Shown here: positions 42,614 to 56,152 of the stretch, piece by piece
How positions within the stretch are numbered: the stretch's first letter is position 1
Layout: the number at the start of each line of letters is the position of its first letter
Origin: Eledone cirrhosa
Lineage: Eukaryota
Length of the DNA: 64,000 nt
NCBI GenBank assembly: GCA_964016885.1
Contig: OZ024743.1
Span: 17,856,001-17,920,000 of the forward strand
Direction: 5' to 3'
Made by a program: the position numbers and the translations under genes
Notes under the pieces: generated by a model
Told to the model about the DNA's origin: nothing
Database searches by the model: none
The model's input: the letters and a program-made list of their open reading frames with translations, nothing else

Positions 42614-42616
<3 letters not shown>

Positions 42617-43683
42617 GATAGCAAGTTATCCTTATAGGTAATCAAGTTAGAGGTTGTGAGTACTCTGCGTCGTGGATAGTTTTAACGTACGGCTTTGTTA
42701 GACTTAAGAAGATGCTTCCATAGTTATGCACCGAGTTCGCGGTAGGTTCTATGCAGGTTATATTTGGAGTAATAATATTGAAAGAATGAAGAGTAACATG
42801 TTTGGCTCTACAATAAGGGGCTTTATTTAAAGTACTGACAATTTTTTCTTTGATCAGGTGAGTCTAGAGTTGCGTCACTCGATCTCCAATACATTATTTA
42901 CCTCTGGTCAACACATCAGAGTACGTAGATATAAATTCACGAGACATATATAGAAAAGTAGCGTATAATCAAAACAATAACATCAATAATAAAACATATA
43001 TGGTAAATAGGTAGAGAAGTTAGAGACGTAAAAAGTAAAAAGTAAAAAGTAAAAGATAAGATAGGGTACATTAAAAAAGTAAGAAAATGAGAAAATGGAA
43101 AATATAAAGAAATAAATAAGGATAAGTGAGAACATGTAGGTATCTAGAATGTTTGTAGTAGTTTTGAGTAAGTGTCCTTATAAGGATTCCTTGGTGAGTT
43201 TAGTGATAACATGGAAAACCATATTCGAGATGTACATTTGGGAGTGCTGGTTTAAATCATGGTGGTTTGAAGATTGTGAATCTGGTAGCTGTTCTATGCC
43301 TACAGAAAATTGATCTTTCTATTTTGCTGTTAAGCAGCATCATACCTTAAAATATGTAGTAGTTCTAAATTACAAAGTCCGCCGTGAGACATTGCGCTGC
43401 TGTAGGCTCTTGCTATCGATAATCTTGACCCGCTAATCTTATATTCCAGGTTTTTGTTTTTAAGCTGCCAGATTCTATTGGCGAGCGTCGTAGAGGTCTC
43501 CAGTCTACGGTTCTTCATGGAGTGTCTCCCCAGCCGTGGAACCTATGTAGTGCCAAGTAGGGTTGCCTGAATTTACAGTACTCAGGTATACCAACTCGAA
43601 TCCAGCCATCTATTCCATAGAGGGCACTTATCCGATAGCTGGCAATTACAAGGGAGTTCAAGAAAAAGTTGTACGTCCACAGA
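42614..43683 (-). mobile_element. Penelope-like 3' fragment (GIY-YIG + UTR, family H end)
   Basis: CNCQLSDKCPL...HYIGST...TTLANRIWQLK...ARAYS...GLCNLE; degenerate hammerhead at ~42833-42893; GAGTACTC at 42658. Confidence 0.8.
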
Positions 43684-46600
43684 CATGAGTGGTCAAGAAT
43701 CGTACACGTCACCGGTATTTCTAGCCACTCATGGTTGCCCACTTCTTGATTCTTCTCGTTCTCCACCTGTCAATCAAAATTTCTTCATATATGAGAATTA
43801 CTACTGTGGTGGGAGAGGGGCTGTAATCTGAAACAGCTGGCATAACTTCGACGTCTTCATTGCCCCTAGGTACATTAGTCTACATCGGCCAGGTACACAC
43901 CCGCAATTATGCTGTATGCGGCATTCATCATAAATAATGTTTTGTGGGAATGTTTTTAAAAACAAATCGTAGGGATATTTAGCATAACATTTGTAGGACA
44001 CAGCCTCAGAAAACCCTCCACTTTATATATTTCAAAAAGAAAAAGAAAAAGATAAAACATGTATTAAGAACGTTTTTAAAAACGTGCTTGAAAGAAAGCT
44101 TTCAACAGCCATTCAAACAGAAAGCCTGTATCAAAGGTGTGTTCAACAAATACACCCAATTCTACACTCACACACTGGACTCAGGGAGCGTGCATAGCCA
44201 AGACGCCGCCAATATATAGACAGATGAGAAAAGAAATATCGATGGAAAGACATCCGTACCCCCAAGCATACATGCTCAGACAAATACATCGACCCAGGCA
44301 TGCGCACACCCGTGCTCATGCATGTCTGTGTGGACACACATACATACATGCACCCGCGTGGTCCCACATCGGAGGCATATACTTGATGAGTAGCCCCTCA
44401 TCCTTTTTCTCACGCGCCGCTGCGGAGATGGTGCACACACTATTGTATAAGACAACGCATTTGAGGCATCGGCCAAAGCCGATCACGTGGCATGTGAGTC
44501 CGAAGGTGCCTGAACAATATGCCTAAATGTTACGGCAGCACCATATCCATGCACTAATCGCATATAGCGTGGGTGGCACAAATATAAAAAAAAACATGTA
44601 CGTACATAACATAAAATAATGAAATAATATACAATAATTGTTTCTACTGTTGGCACAAGGCCAGCAATTATCGCAGTGTATTACTGGTACTTTATTTTAT
44701 CGACCACGTAAGGATGAAAGATAAAGTTAACCTCGGCCGATTTAGAACTCAGAGCCTAAAGGGCCGTAACTCTTTGCTGCAAAGCACGGCGTCCGACACT
44801 CTACCGATACTGCCAATCCACAGGCGTAATAATATACAATAATTGTTTCTACTTTAGGTACAAGGCCAGCAAACACCAGTTCATTACTGGTACTTTATTT
44901 TATCGACCCCGTAAGGATGAAAGGCAAAGTCAACCTCGGCGGGATTTACAGAAAAAGATAAAATACAATAAAATAAATTGCTGGAAAAGGAGAATGCATA
45001 CATGACAAGCATGCAGATGGGTGGGTACCGGGCATTATCGAGGTGTGAGTAAAGTTGAATACAATAGTTGGGGGCTGTGGCGAAAATGTTTATATGATAT
45101 AAATAGGGGTTGGTGGTGTAAGGCACTGGGTAGGAGCCTGCATATGATGCAGGTCTCGTTGCTTGTGGATAGATGTGGACCGTGCGTGCGTGCACAAACA
45201 TGTTATATATATTGTGGTTATGCGTAACATCCATTTCATAAAAGAATACATGAAATGTGCATGGGTTTGATGTAGTATACATGGAATATAAAGGGTATGT
45301 GTTTCATAACATTATATATGGAATGCAGGTGGAGTGTATGTATGATTGTAATGTGCCAGCGACAGGCGTTGTATGCGTGTGTATATCAGCGGCATGCAAC
45401 GACAAAATTAAAACTTGAAATCAAAATTAAAACTAAAATTAACATTACAATTAACTGCGACATTAATGTTATAGATAGGATACTGCCCATGCTTATAAAT
45501 AGAAATAGCTTATGGAATTCAACTAAGGAGCTAATAGACTGGTTTACAGCGCTGCCCACCAAACAGCAAGTGAACTTCGTGCAGCTGGACATAGCAAATA
45601 TCTACGCCTCTATCTCACTGGTAATTGTAAACAAGGCCCTCATGGGCGCTATGATAAGGTCCAAGTTAACTAGAGGTGAAGTGGACATGATTATAGCTGC
45701 TAGAAAGACACTCATTAAGTTTGACGGTAGACTGTGAGAAGGAGAGACAGACTCGACAGTTTTGACATCACCATGGTGACGGACATGGTGGGAATTTATC
45801 TACTCCATAGGTTAGCAGAGGCGATTCCATAGATAGGCGGAGTGATATATAGGGACGACGCCTTATTTACCTTCCGCTCATTAAATTCCATCCAGCTGGA
45901 GCGCATACGGAAGCGCATCTCACAACGCATATAGATTTGAGGGAGAATGGGAACCCTAGGGACCACAACACATATGGACTGAACAGTAGTAACTCCACGG
46001 ACCAGGATGGGCAAACCATAGATAGTAAAGTAGATAACGCAGCACGGAGCTTTAGGGGTAATACCAAGACTAAGAATACCAGCAATGATACGCCAGGATG
46101 CTCGGGTAGCAGGACAGGGACGGAAAATAGGACTAGCAAGCGTGCCCAGAACAATTTAGCGAGAAAGGCCATTCCACAGACTTCACTAACAGTTTTATGC
46201 ATATGGATAGAATGGGGTTCAATTAAGAGTAGGTCTTAACCCGAGAGAGCAGCTTGACAATGCAAGCACTACTAGTAGCAGAACGACGACATAGAAATAG
46301 ATCTAGAAAAATAACATGGTTTAAGGCACCATACTCGAAGCATGTAAGCACTAACGTGCCAAGTCTCTTCAGGGCATTGGACGAGTGTTTCCCGGCTTCA
46401 CACAGGTACCACAACATGTTCAATCGGCACAGCGTGAAGTTCTCATTTTCCACGGCACCCAACATGGCAGACTCCATGGCCAGGGACAACGCATTGAAAT
46501 TGAGGTGATCCCACGGGCGCAACGATTAGGCAGCAAACCCGCCGGGGTGGGGAGGCTGCGCGGAGAGCACGCGGTGGTGGCTGATGGTTCTCGGCATGTG

Positions 46601-48979
46601 ACTGGGGGCTGAGCCGCGGCTGCGGAGGGCCCCATAACTTCCAGCAGAGATAGCTGATGGTGAACATTGAGTCCGCCACTCCGCCGAAGCACCACTCGAG
46701 GACCGGCGAGAACACAAATATGTCGCGAGGACCTCGTAAAGGGAGTTGCAAAAATGATGCACGGACTTGTAATTGCCGTGTCCGTGAGGAGTACCCCCTG
46801 CAGGGAATGTGCCTGACTAAGAGCCTTGTCTACAGATGTGCGGTTACCACGCATAACGATAGGCACACATACAATGGAGCTCCATCCACCACTTTTAAGT
46901 TGAGGATATACAACCACAAGAGCTCGTTCAAGGACAGGAATAAGAGGCACAGCACGAGATTGGCGGACTTAGTATGGAGAGTCAAAGCCAGTGGCATGGA
47001 ATATGACCTCATCTGGAGTATTGTACAGCATGTGAATGCGTAATCGGCCGGAGACAGAAAGTGTAAGTTATGCTTGTCCGAGGCTATAGAGATAGTAAAA
47101 CTTAAGGGCGACGCAGTCAACCCACGTCTGGAATAATCATGCTATGCAGACACAATCGTAAATGCACACTCTCCGCCCTAGTGATACCGGATGTATCTAC
47201 ATAGCGCACCACCGGCACCGCAACCCCAGGTGTGCGCATGAAGAGTATCACCATAGAACACTGCATAACTATGAATGCATGACATCACAAGCTGATAGCA
47301 ATGACAGATCCAACGTTGCCTACCTCGTAGAACATCATAATAGCACCACCACACCAATTTCAGGACGCCGACCCATTATAAGTAGGATTGGTCTACAAAC
47401 ATTATGTGTGGTTTTAAATGTTCAAATTTCTAAATTTTCAAACTTTAAGATTTTTAAATTTTTGATTTCCGATATTCGATACGTGGTGTTTAATTCGCTA
47501 CTTGGATGTTGGACATGATGCTGGTCTTAATGTTAATGTCGCAGTTAATTGTAATTTTAATTTTAATTTTGCTTTCGAGTTTTAATATTGTCGTTCCATG
47601 CCGCTGATATACACACGCATACAACGCATGCCGCTGGCACATTACAATCATACATGCTCTCCACGTGAATTCCATATATATTGTTATGAAACACATACCA
47701 TTTATATTCCATGTATACCTCAAACCCATGCACATATTATATATACTTTTATGAAATGGATGTTATACATAACCACAATATATATAACTTGTTTGTGCAC
47801 GCCCCCGCGGCCCACATCTATTTCACAGGCAACGAGACCTGAATCATGCGCAGGCTCCCAACAGTGCCTTAGACCACCAGGCCCCATGTAAATCATTTAA
47901 ACATTTGCACGACAGCCCCCAAATATTGTATGCAACTTTACGCACACCTCGATAATGTCCGGTACCCTTCTGCATCCTTGCCATGTATCTATTCTCTTTT
48001 TTCAGCATTTTATTTTTATTGTATTTTATTTATTTTGTTTTATTATTGTATATTATTTCATTATTTTATGTTATGTACATACAGTTTTTTTTTATATATA
48101 TGAGCTACCGACGCTATATGCATGGATATGGTGCTGCCGTAACATTTAGGCATATTGTGCAGGCACCTCTCGGACTCACACCGCCACGTGATCGGCTTTG
48201 GTCAATGCCTCAAACGCGTTGTCTCATACAATAGTGTGTGCACCATATGCGCAGCGGCGCGTGGGAAGACGGATGAGGGGTTGCTCATCAAGTATATGCC
48301 TCCGGCGTGGGAGCACGCAGGTGCATGTATGTATGTGTTTCCACACAGACATGCAAGAGCATGTGTGTGTGCATGCCTGGGACAATGTATTTGTCTAAGC
48401 AGGTCTGCGTGAGGGTACGGATGACTTTCCATGGACTTTTCGTTTCTCATCTGTCTATATATGTGCGGCGTCTTGGCTATGCGCTCTCCTCTAAGTCCAG
48501 TGTGTGGGTGTAGACTTGGTTGTATTTGTTGAAAACACCTTTGCTATAGCCCTTCTGTTTGAAAGACTGTTGAAAGCTTTCTTTCAAAAACGTTTTTAAA
48601 AACGTTCTTAATACATGTTTTTCTTTTTCTTTTTCTTTTTGAAATATGTAAAGTGGAGGGTATTCTACGGCTGTGTCCTACACATTTTATGCTAAATATC
48701 CCTATGATATGTTTTTTTTTAAATTCCCGCAAAACAATATTTATGATGAATGCGCATAATTGCGGGTGTGTACCTGGCCGATGAAGACTAAGGTGCCTAG
48801 GGGAAATGAAGATGTCGAAGTGATGCCAGCCGTTTCAGATTACAGCCCCTCTCCCACCACATTAGTAATTCTGATACATGATAAATTTTGATTGACAGGT
48901 GGAGACGAGAGGATCAAGAAGTGGGCAACCATGAGTGGCTATAAATGCCGGTGACGTGTACAATTCTTGACCACTCATG
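43684..48979 (+). mobile_element. Penelope-like element with ~1.45-kb inverted repeats
   Basis: Arms 43684-45471 and 47528-48979 are reverse complements. Between them are RT remnants (FVQLDIANIYASIS, FDITM, IYRDDAL, RKITWFKAPYS) and GIY-YIG (CNCR..PLQGMCL..LVY...FKLRIYNH...CKLCLSE). Confidence 0.9.
44623..44947 (-). mobile_element. SINE tandem dimer in left inverted arm
   Basis: aataatatacaataat at 44623 and 44828; the dimer is absent from the right arm (~48040). Confidence 0.9.
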
Positions 48980-49037
48980 GAATGATGACAACATGATCTA
49001 AATCAACAAACGAAGAAATTCGATATTAAAGGACAAT

Positions 49038-49324
<287 letters not shown>

Positions 49325-49325
49325 C

Positions 49326-49451
<126 letters not shown>

Positions 49452-50803
49452 CATTTGTTTTCATATGATTCTGAGCATAATCATACGTGATTTGCTTGTG
49501 ATGTGTCCTGCTACATAAATATATTCATGGGCCTTTCATTTCCCTTTTTAGCTCATCAATAGATATATTGATACCAGCAGTGTTAAAATACATTGGTGTT
49601 TATTAAACATCTCAATATGTCGATGTTTGACTGCACATGGAAGTTTGTTCTATGTATTGAATGCAGTATCATCGAACTATTAAAATCTACCGATAATTAT
49701 TTTACATTTACATTTTTTGTTTTTATTTGCTTATTGTATTACCCTTCAAGTGACACGCAGTGCATACTTTTATGTATATTATCGGCTGTTTTAGTGCAAT
49801 ATATCATTTAATTGCAGTAGAATTAATTGAAGTGAAATGATGAAAAGAAGCATCCTTAATTAAATAATAGATTTTTTTATTGTAATATATTAGGTAGAAA
49901 AAAGGCCAATAGAACTTCACCACATAGTGTTCATAGCTAACAGCTACGCACCTGAAATGAAAACATTATAAACATTTAAATATGATATTTATTGAGTTTT
50001 TCATTATTGTATTGTGGGATGTAAATAATTTATATATAAAGATAGATCCTGCAGAGTGGAGATGGTGGTTGAAATATATACCGTTTAACAATGAATAAGG
50101 AAAATCTGTATATCAATTTACGAATACTTTATATATGTAAACATTCCGAATAAAATTAATTCCTTGAAAATTGAAAAAGATTTTAAAGATATGTATCTAG
50201 ATTTTCAACTAAATACGGCATATATGATATGTCAAATCCAATAAATCACAAGCAAATATGCAAGTAAGGGTATATTATAAATTATTCTATATCACGTGCA
50301 TAGTCATGAATTTGCGTGATCCTAACCGAGCAAGCTTATGTATGGCTGTATATGCGCTCACATGTGACTGAAATGTGTACACGTATACATGAATGCGCAT
50401 GTACTTTTGTGTGCCATTGTTTATGTGTATGTATATATGTGTTTATGTGTGAAGGTTTGTTAGTATGTGCGGAGCCAAGGGCATTGGTAGATGACATAAT
50501 GGCAAGGTTCATTCATCAGCAACAACCACGACAAATACAATGGCAATGAGAACAGCCAACAGTAGCATATCAAACACGACGTTGACATGCTCAAATAGCA
50601 CAATGACGATACCGACGACACCAACAACAATATCGCTACAGCCTATGTAACTGATACCTGATGATTGGGTAGAATGTGTGTACTTGTGTTATGTAACGGG
50701 TAACGGCCTCATAACCACAACCACGGATCCACCGATTTGTGCATACTAAACACCAATTGTAAGGCCTATGGAATCACATATTATATATATATATATATAT
50801 ATA

Positions 50804-51190
50804 TACGATATTAAATAAATGGAAACTATATTTATAAAACCATATCTATTTCATTATATATATTTCAGGGATATCATATTAACAATATGTTATGCCTTCT
50901 TCAGACAAAATACAATATAGACAGTTTTATAGATAAATAGATTTGACATACCGGTATGTCAAATCTATTTATCTATAAAACTGTCTATATTGTATTTTGT
51001 CTGAAGAAGGCATAACATATTGTTAATATGATATCCCTGAAATATATATAATGAAATAGATATGGTTTTATAAATATAGTTTCCATTTATTTAATATCGT
51101 AAATATACTCCAAATACTTGTTGAGTGCTTTTATATCAGTTATAAATATTTACTAGTTGTAACCCAACAATTTAAATATAACTTTCCATA
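50804..51190. mobile_element. Family A element: 298-bp palindrome plus tail
   Basis: 50804-51101 is self-reverse-complementary about 50952/50953 and holds two opposed hammerheads (CUGAAGA at 51001). Tail 51102-51190; (TA)n on both sides. Confidence 0.92.
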
Positions 51191-53239
51191 TATATATATA
51201 TATATATATATACTTACATATTGATCAACAGGGATGGAAATTAAATCTCTCTTTTATAAACCCTTCGAAATACAGAGACCACACACGTTTTGTCGTTGTT
51301 CGTTTGGAGAGTCAAAGACTAAAGCAAAATCTTAAAAATAAAGTGTGAATTACTTGAACGTGCGTCCCCATATAAGATGTAAATAAGGGGCGCGAACGTT
51401 CTCCAACAGAATACGAGAAATTAATCGAACTAAAGAACGATGGACATTAAAGAGATTTGATGTATGCAACAGTAGATGGATTCATCGTTGTAGTTCTCAG
51501 TAGTATATTTAGCTGTTGTCCCCATCATTGTTGTTACTGTTACAGTTACCAGCGTCTGGTCATGAATCTACTCACTTCTTAAACTATCATCAATGAAATA
51601 AACATAATCTAATGAGGTTCACCGACACCCTCGCTTGTGTATTCAGATTAAGGAAGCTGCGGCCGACAGAAATCTGACTTTACAGCTTACCTCATGTCAA
51701 CATTGTTGGTCTCTTCTCTTTCCTTTCTTTCTATCTTCCTTTTATTCATTCAATTGTTTTTGTTTTCTTTTTTCTCCTACTTAGTGTCAGCGATGATGTA
51801 GTTGTAGTTGTTGACGTGCCTGTTGCTGATGGCACCTGTTCACATGGCGAACCTAACTTTTACCCACACACTAGGCTACAAAAACACACACACGTATACA
51901 CACATACGTGCATACACGCACACACATCTGCAAATATGCACACTCGCACACACACACAGACACACTCACATATAAACATATACACACGTACAGATACACA
52001 CAAAAACAAGCCTTCATACAGACACACAATCTTCGCATGATATATGGGTAGTGACTATATTTCACAATATTCCGTAATTATCTGATCGATGACTGTTGGA
52101 AATAATTTGCCTATCAATACATAATAGGCTTCCTTAATGTGACAGCAGATCAAGTACAAAATTAAACATTTATTGACATTTGGGTTTTGTCACTTTTGCC
52201 TGAATAATACATCCACACATACTAGCATTATTTTTATTTGCATCTTTCGTTAACATGGCATGGAGGTCACCTAAGAAGACTTTTAATTCATCTACTGTAT
52301 ACATAATCACATGCCGTGTATTAATCCACCCTGCCACCAAAGTCCTAACTTTGATAATCATTTACATTCATGTGGGTTACTTTTTAAAGGGTTGATCAAT
52401 TACTTGGGTCGGGGGTTAAATATTGAAACCTATGTTATTCACTCCAACAGTGCAAGCTTGAAATCACTGTATTGAACATGTTGTGGTATTAGGATGAAGA
52501 GTATATTTGAATAATAATCAATGTTAAAATTTCTTGCCATTTTATAAATAGAAAGTTAGGAGAGTAAAAGGATTAGTCTTGATATGATTTTAATTATATA
52601 TTTTGTATGTTTTCTCTGTTTGCTGTTTCACGTTTTACAGGATTTCGTAACAATCATCTTTAGCTGGTCATTTATATTTAATTGAGCAGTGTTGATTTCT
52701 ATTGTCTATCTCCTTTTGTATGGTTTTGGCTAACACGTATTTATTTATTTTCTATTTTCCGTGAAAGGAACATAAATTGTCTATTCATTGAGAATACTAA
52801 CTTTCTCATTTGCAAATATGGTATGGTAATTTGTATTACCATATTCAACCTTAATAAATACAGAAATGTTACTGTATTCGTATTATTGCATTGTTTCAAG
52901 TTCGTGACTAAGCTCAAACGTTTTCTTCAAAGGCAGTATCTTTTAGAACATGCCCCTTTTAAAATCTATGATAATTATTGTTATTAACATCTTACAATAT
53001 CATTCTCTCCGTTTCTTCTTAATTTATAGTAGCAGAAAAATCACTATTATACGATTATCTCATAGCATTCGGATATAATTTACACGCCACGCTCAATTCC
53101 GTAACATGTTACCATTGCAGATTATGTTCCACGTTTTACACAATTTATTAAGTTAGATAACATAAGTGTGAAGTATATAGATTTGTAAGATTATCTGTAA
53201 CGTATTGACAAGGAAGATGTGTAAATATGAATATAATCT

Positions 53240-53905
53240 CGTGACAGGTGCAATGAGTCAGAACACGAAAGAGCCGAACTCCGACCCAGATTCCCCCATC
53301 TCTCTCACCCCACCCATCTTTCTGTAGGGATCCCATGTGCTGGCCGCCCCACAGTCACGGCGGCAGAATAGAGAAGGCGTTTCCGCGGAAGATGGTGAGG
53401 GAGATGTGGTGGTAGAGATCTCGCGAGGCTCACATCTGCGGCTGGCCAGCTCAGCGCCTATGGTGAGGAGTAGGGAGGTAGCTCTAGGACCAAGGACACC
53501 TGAAGTCTCATCTGCCTCGGGCACGAGACCAAACCTGTCAGAGAGCGACCAGTACTTCTAGAGTTTGGCTTCCTCAGCCCGAAGAGCAGCTGAACATGGG
53601 GTATTCGCAGACTGCAGCGATTTGCGACTGGAGAAAGTTTCACTGCAACTGGCATCCCAGACGAGGTGTTTGCCACCGCGGAACGCGAAGATGATCAAAA
53701 CGTTATGTGCATATCCTAGACAGATGTTAATGGGACGGATGTTAATGGGAATATGGTAATACCGTTATATGTATAATGTAGACAGACGTTAATATGTTTT
53801 GTACTTATGTTCACTTAGTGTGTTCTCGTCAAACTTGTTTCTGAAAGCCAAGGCCACATTTCAATAAACTAACAGTCTCAAAGTTTACTTTCCTGGCTAA
53901 TGTAA
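53240..53905 (+). other. GC-rich island, possible solo LTR
   Basis: Sharp GC shift and AATAAA near 53863; no convincing TG...CA ends or TSD. Confidence 0.25.
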
Positions 53906-53959
53906 ATATGTTAAATTAAAACCCCTATAAATAGAGAAGCACGCTGGCAATCCAATCTC

Positions 53960-54021
53960 ATCGGGTAATCATATCTCCTCTGGTGAATGTATCGGGTAAT
54001 CATATCTCCTCTGGTGAATGT
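53960..54021. repeat. 31-bp perfect tandem duplication
   Basis: atcgggtaatcatatctcctctggtgaatgt twice. Confidence 0.9.
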
Positions 54022-54481
54022 AATGGTAGCATCGTTCAGAGAAATATGAATGTTTTATATACAATCATACATATAATAGTAAAAGTGTGAGTATTTGTAG
54101 TTGGGGAAACATATTTGATTTATATAGAAGTAATTTTTAATTTAAGGGCGAACATTGAATTTCAGCCCTGTTGCATGCTAGCCAGCTGTATTGGTTTACA
54201 ATCCGGTGAGGCTTGTGCGGGTAATGCACATGCCAAAGAATGCTCCAACATTTATTATTGCTAAATGATGGATTTATTGAAACTAGGTATTTCGCAGAAG
54301 ACGAAATTTTCAATTTTAGATAATAATTATTCAATATCATGTTTTAATTGTTTAGAAAATATATTTTTACTTAAGCTTATCGTCATATGTCAAATTGTAT
54401 TTGTACTTTTATAGTGTATATCTAAGCATTTTTTAAATATATATAGACACACGTTCTATATATTTTTATTTCATTTAACAT

Positions 54482-54535
54482 AAGGCGGTGGATTGGCAGT
54501 ATCGGCAGAGAGTCAGACGCCATACTTTGCCGCTA
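54482..54535 (+). mobile_element. SINE 5' head fragment
   Basis: aaggcggtggattggcagtatcggcagag matches the SINE start. Confidence 0.7.
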
Positions 54536-54869
54536 AAGCAACACCAACTAAATATACCAACTGTTTTATACTCTGCAGTTTTTGGTTTTTATCACTTCTT
54601 ACTATCCAATTCTATGTTTTATACATCTTTCTCATATTTTTTTATTGTCTCCAAATCTCAATTGATTTACCTATTCTATAACGTCCCTCCTCTATTTTCT
54701 CCAGAACCCTCTTTCGCCTACTTCCTCTGGCCTAATTTCATACACAAAGGTTAGAATTTGCTGTGTAGATTTCACTTTGAACGCCTGACCGGCTCCACCC
54801 ACTGCATCCATTGCACTACAGGCAAGTTAAGCCATCAAACTGCCATGATAGACTTAATTGTGTTTACAA

Positions 54870-55110
54870 GAAATTTTGACCAATCTTCTTGACAACTATA
54901 ATCTTCCCATAAGAGGAAGTACCCCTTGAACAGTTCGGCTATTTATTTACCAGGCTAAACATTCTAATTTAGTCCAGAAATAGCTGTCGAAACGGCTTGA
55001 GCTCTGCCGTCGGGGTCATACATTTTCCTATTTCCCACTCTACTACCCTAAGTATTGAGTACTCTGGTGCATTATGGTCCATCTGGTTTCTTACCACAAC
55101 TCCTTCGTTA
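54870..55110 (+). mobile_element. Family C direct unit with hammerhead and tail
   Basis: ACCCC-UUGAACA-G..CGGCUAUUU/AAAUAGCUG..C-GAAACGGC-uuGAGCUCu-GCCGUC-GGGGU at 54921-55016; GAGTACTC at 55057. Confidence 0.85.
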
Positions 55111-55148
55111 TATATATATATATAAATATATATATATGTATATATATA

Positions 55149-56101
55149 TAGAAGTGGTTACACAACAGTTAGTTCACCATAACAAGAACAATTGTTTCCC
55201 ATTAGCGGATCCTCAGCTCGGAATGGGCATGGTTATAGGAACAGGAAGGACAATCGTACGAAGGCGAATGCGCAGAAACCCGGTCAATTCACACAGGCAA
55301 TACTAGACTGCGTGCGAGAGGTGTAAGGGAAATAACTGAGAAAGTCCGAAAAGTTTTTAGGTTGAAAATAAAATTACAGAGAATCAGTCCGGAGCCTTGT
55401 AGTTATGCAACAGGTGTTTGGCGACGTGTGGACAACGTGTGAAAATTCATTTCTCCTGTTTAGGCAATCACTATTGCGTAATTTCTTTAGAATAATTATT
55501 CTTTCGTCAATGCATAAGCCACTCGTCGGATTTCCCCTTGCTTATGGCTTGGACGTAGTGATGGCTTTCCATTGAATGGAGTAGTCTATACTTGAGTCCT
55601 TGAGGGACCATACGTGGCTCGCGAGTTTCGTGGATGAACGTCTGTCCGGGTACCTGAAGGTAGACTGTTGGTTCAGGAAACGTCCCTTAAATCGGAACCT
55701 CCAGCATGCCCACATAGGATTTGACCTCCTGTGGTTCGTTTGGTCGGTTGGAAGTGACCACAGCTTCATAAATTACAGCTGGTGTGTTGCATTGCTGTTG
55801 AAGGGGGCAAGCTTCAGGCTTGCGGCAAGAGCACCATGCTGGGGTGTTGCTCCTAGGGCTGCTGGTGATGTGTGCCTTCATGTTCTTCGGGCAGGAGTAT
55901 CCTAGTTTAACTTTGTGTCGGTTAAAGATGGAGCGGTATTTATGACATATGGGAAAGTGTTTATCTAAGAGGGCTAGACATTGTTTTCCTACATTAGTTT
56001 TAATGTTGAGTGAGAAGGGAGAAGAGAACCAGATATTCTACCTAACTCGTCCCATGGACTGAGTGCTCTACCACTACGGATATTACCTTCCAGTGTTCCA
56101 C

Positions 56102-56106
<5 letters not shown>
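55149..56106 (-). mobile_element. Penelope-like GIY-YIG fragment with family D hammerhead and inverted tail
   Basis: CSCRKPEACPLQQQC...VIY...YVG...FKGR...LASHVWSLK. Hammerhead CGAG-CUGAGGA...GAAAC-AAUU-GUU-CUUG at 55183-55220. The tail lies on the + strand at 56036-56105. Confidence 0.85.

Positions 56107-56152
<46 letters not shown>

Noticed and set aside
46657-47150. Selenocysteine recoding, as reported for some Naiad elements
   Set aside because: I saw no TGA at the conserved Cys positions of the GIY-YIG regions; the stops look like ordinary decay.
48773-48832. Possible hammerhead in the long inverted arm (CCGATGAAGAC...GTCGAAG)
   Set aside because: It lacks GAAA and a stem III/UH site in both arms.
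53258-53759. Overlapping ORFs in the GC-rich island
   Set aside because: No recognisable domain; open frames are expected at this GC content.
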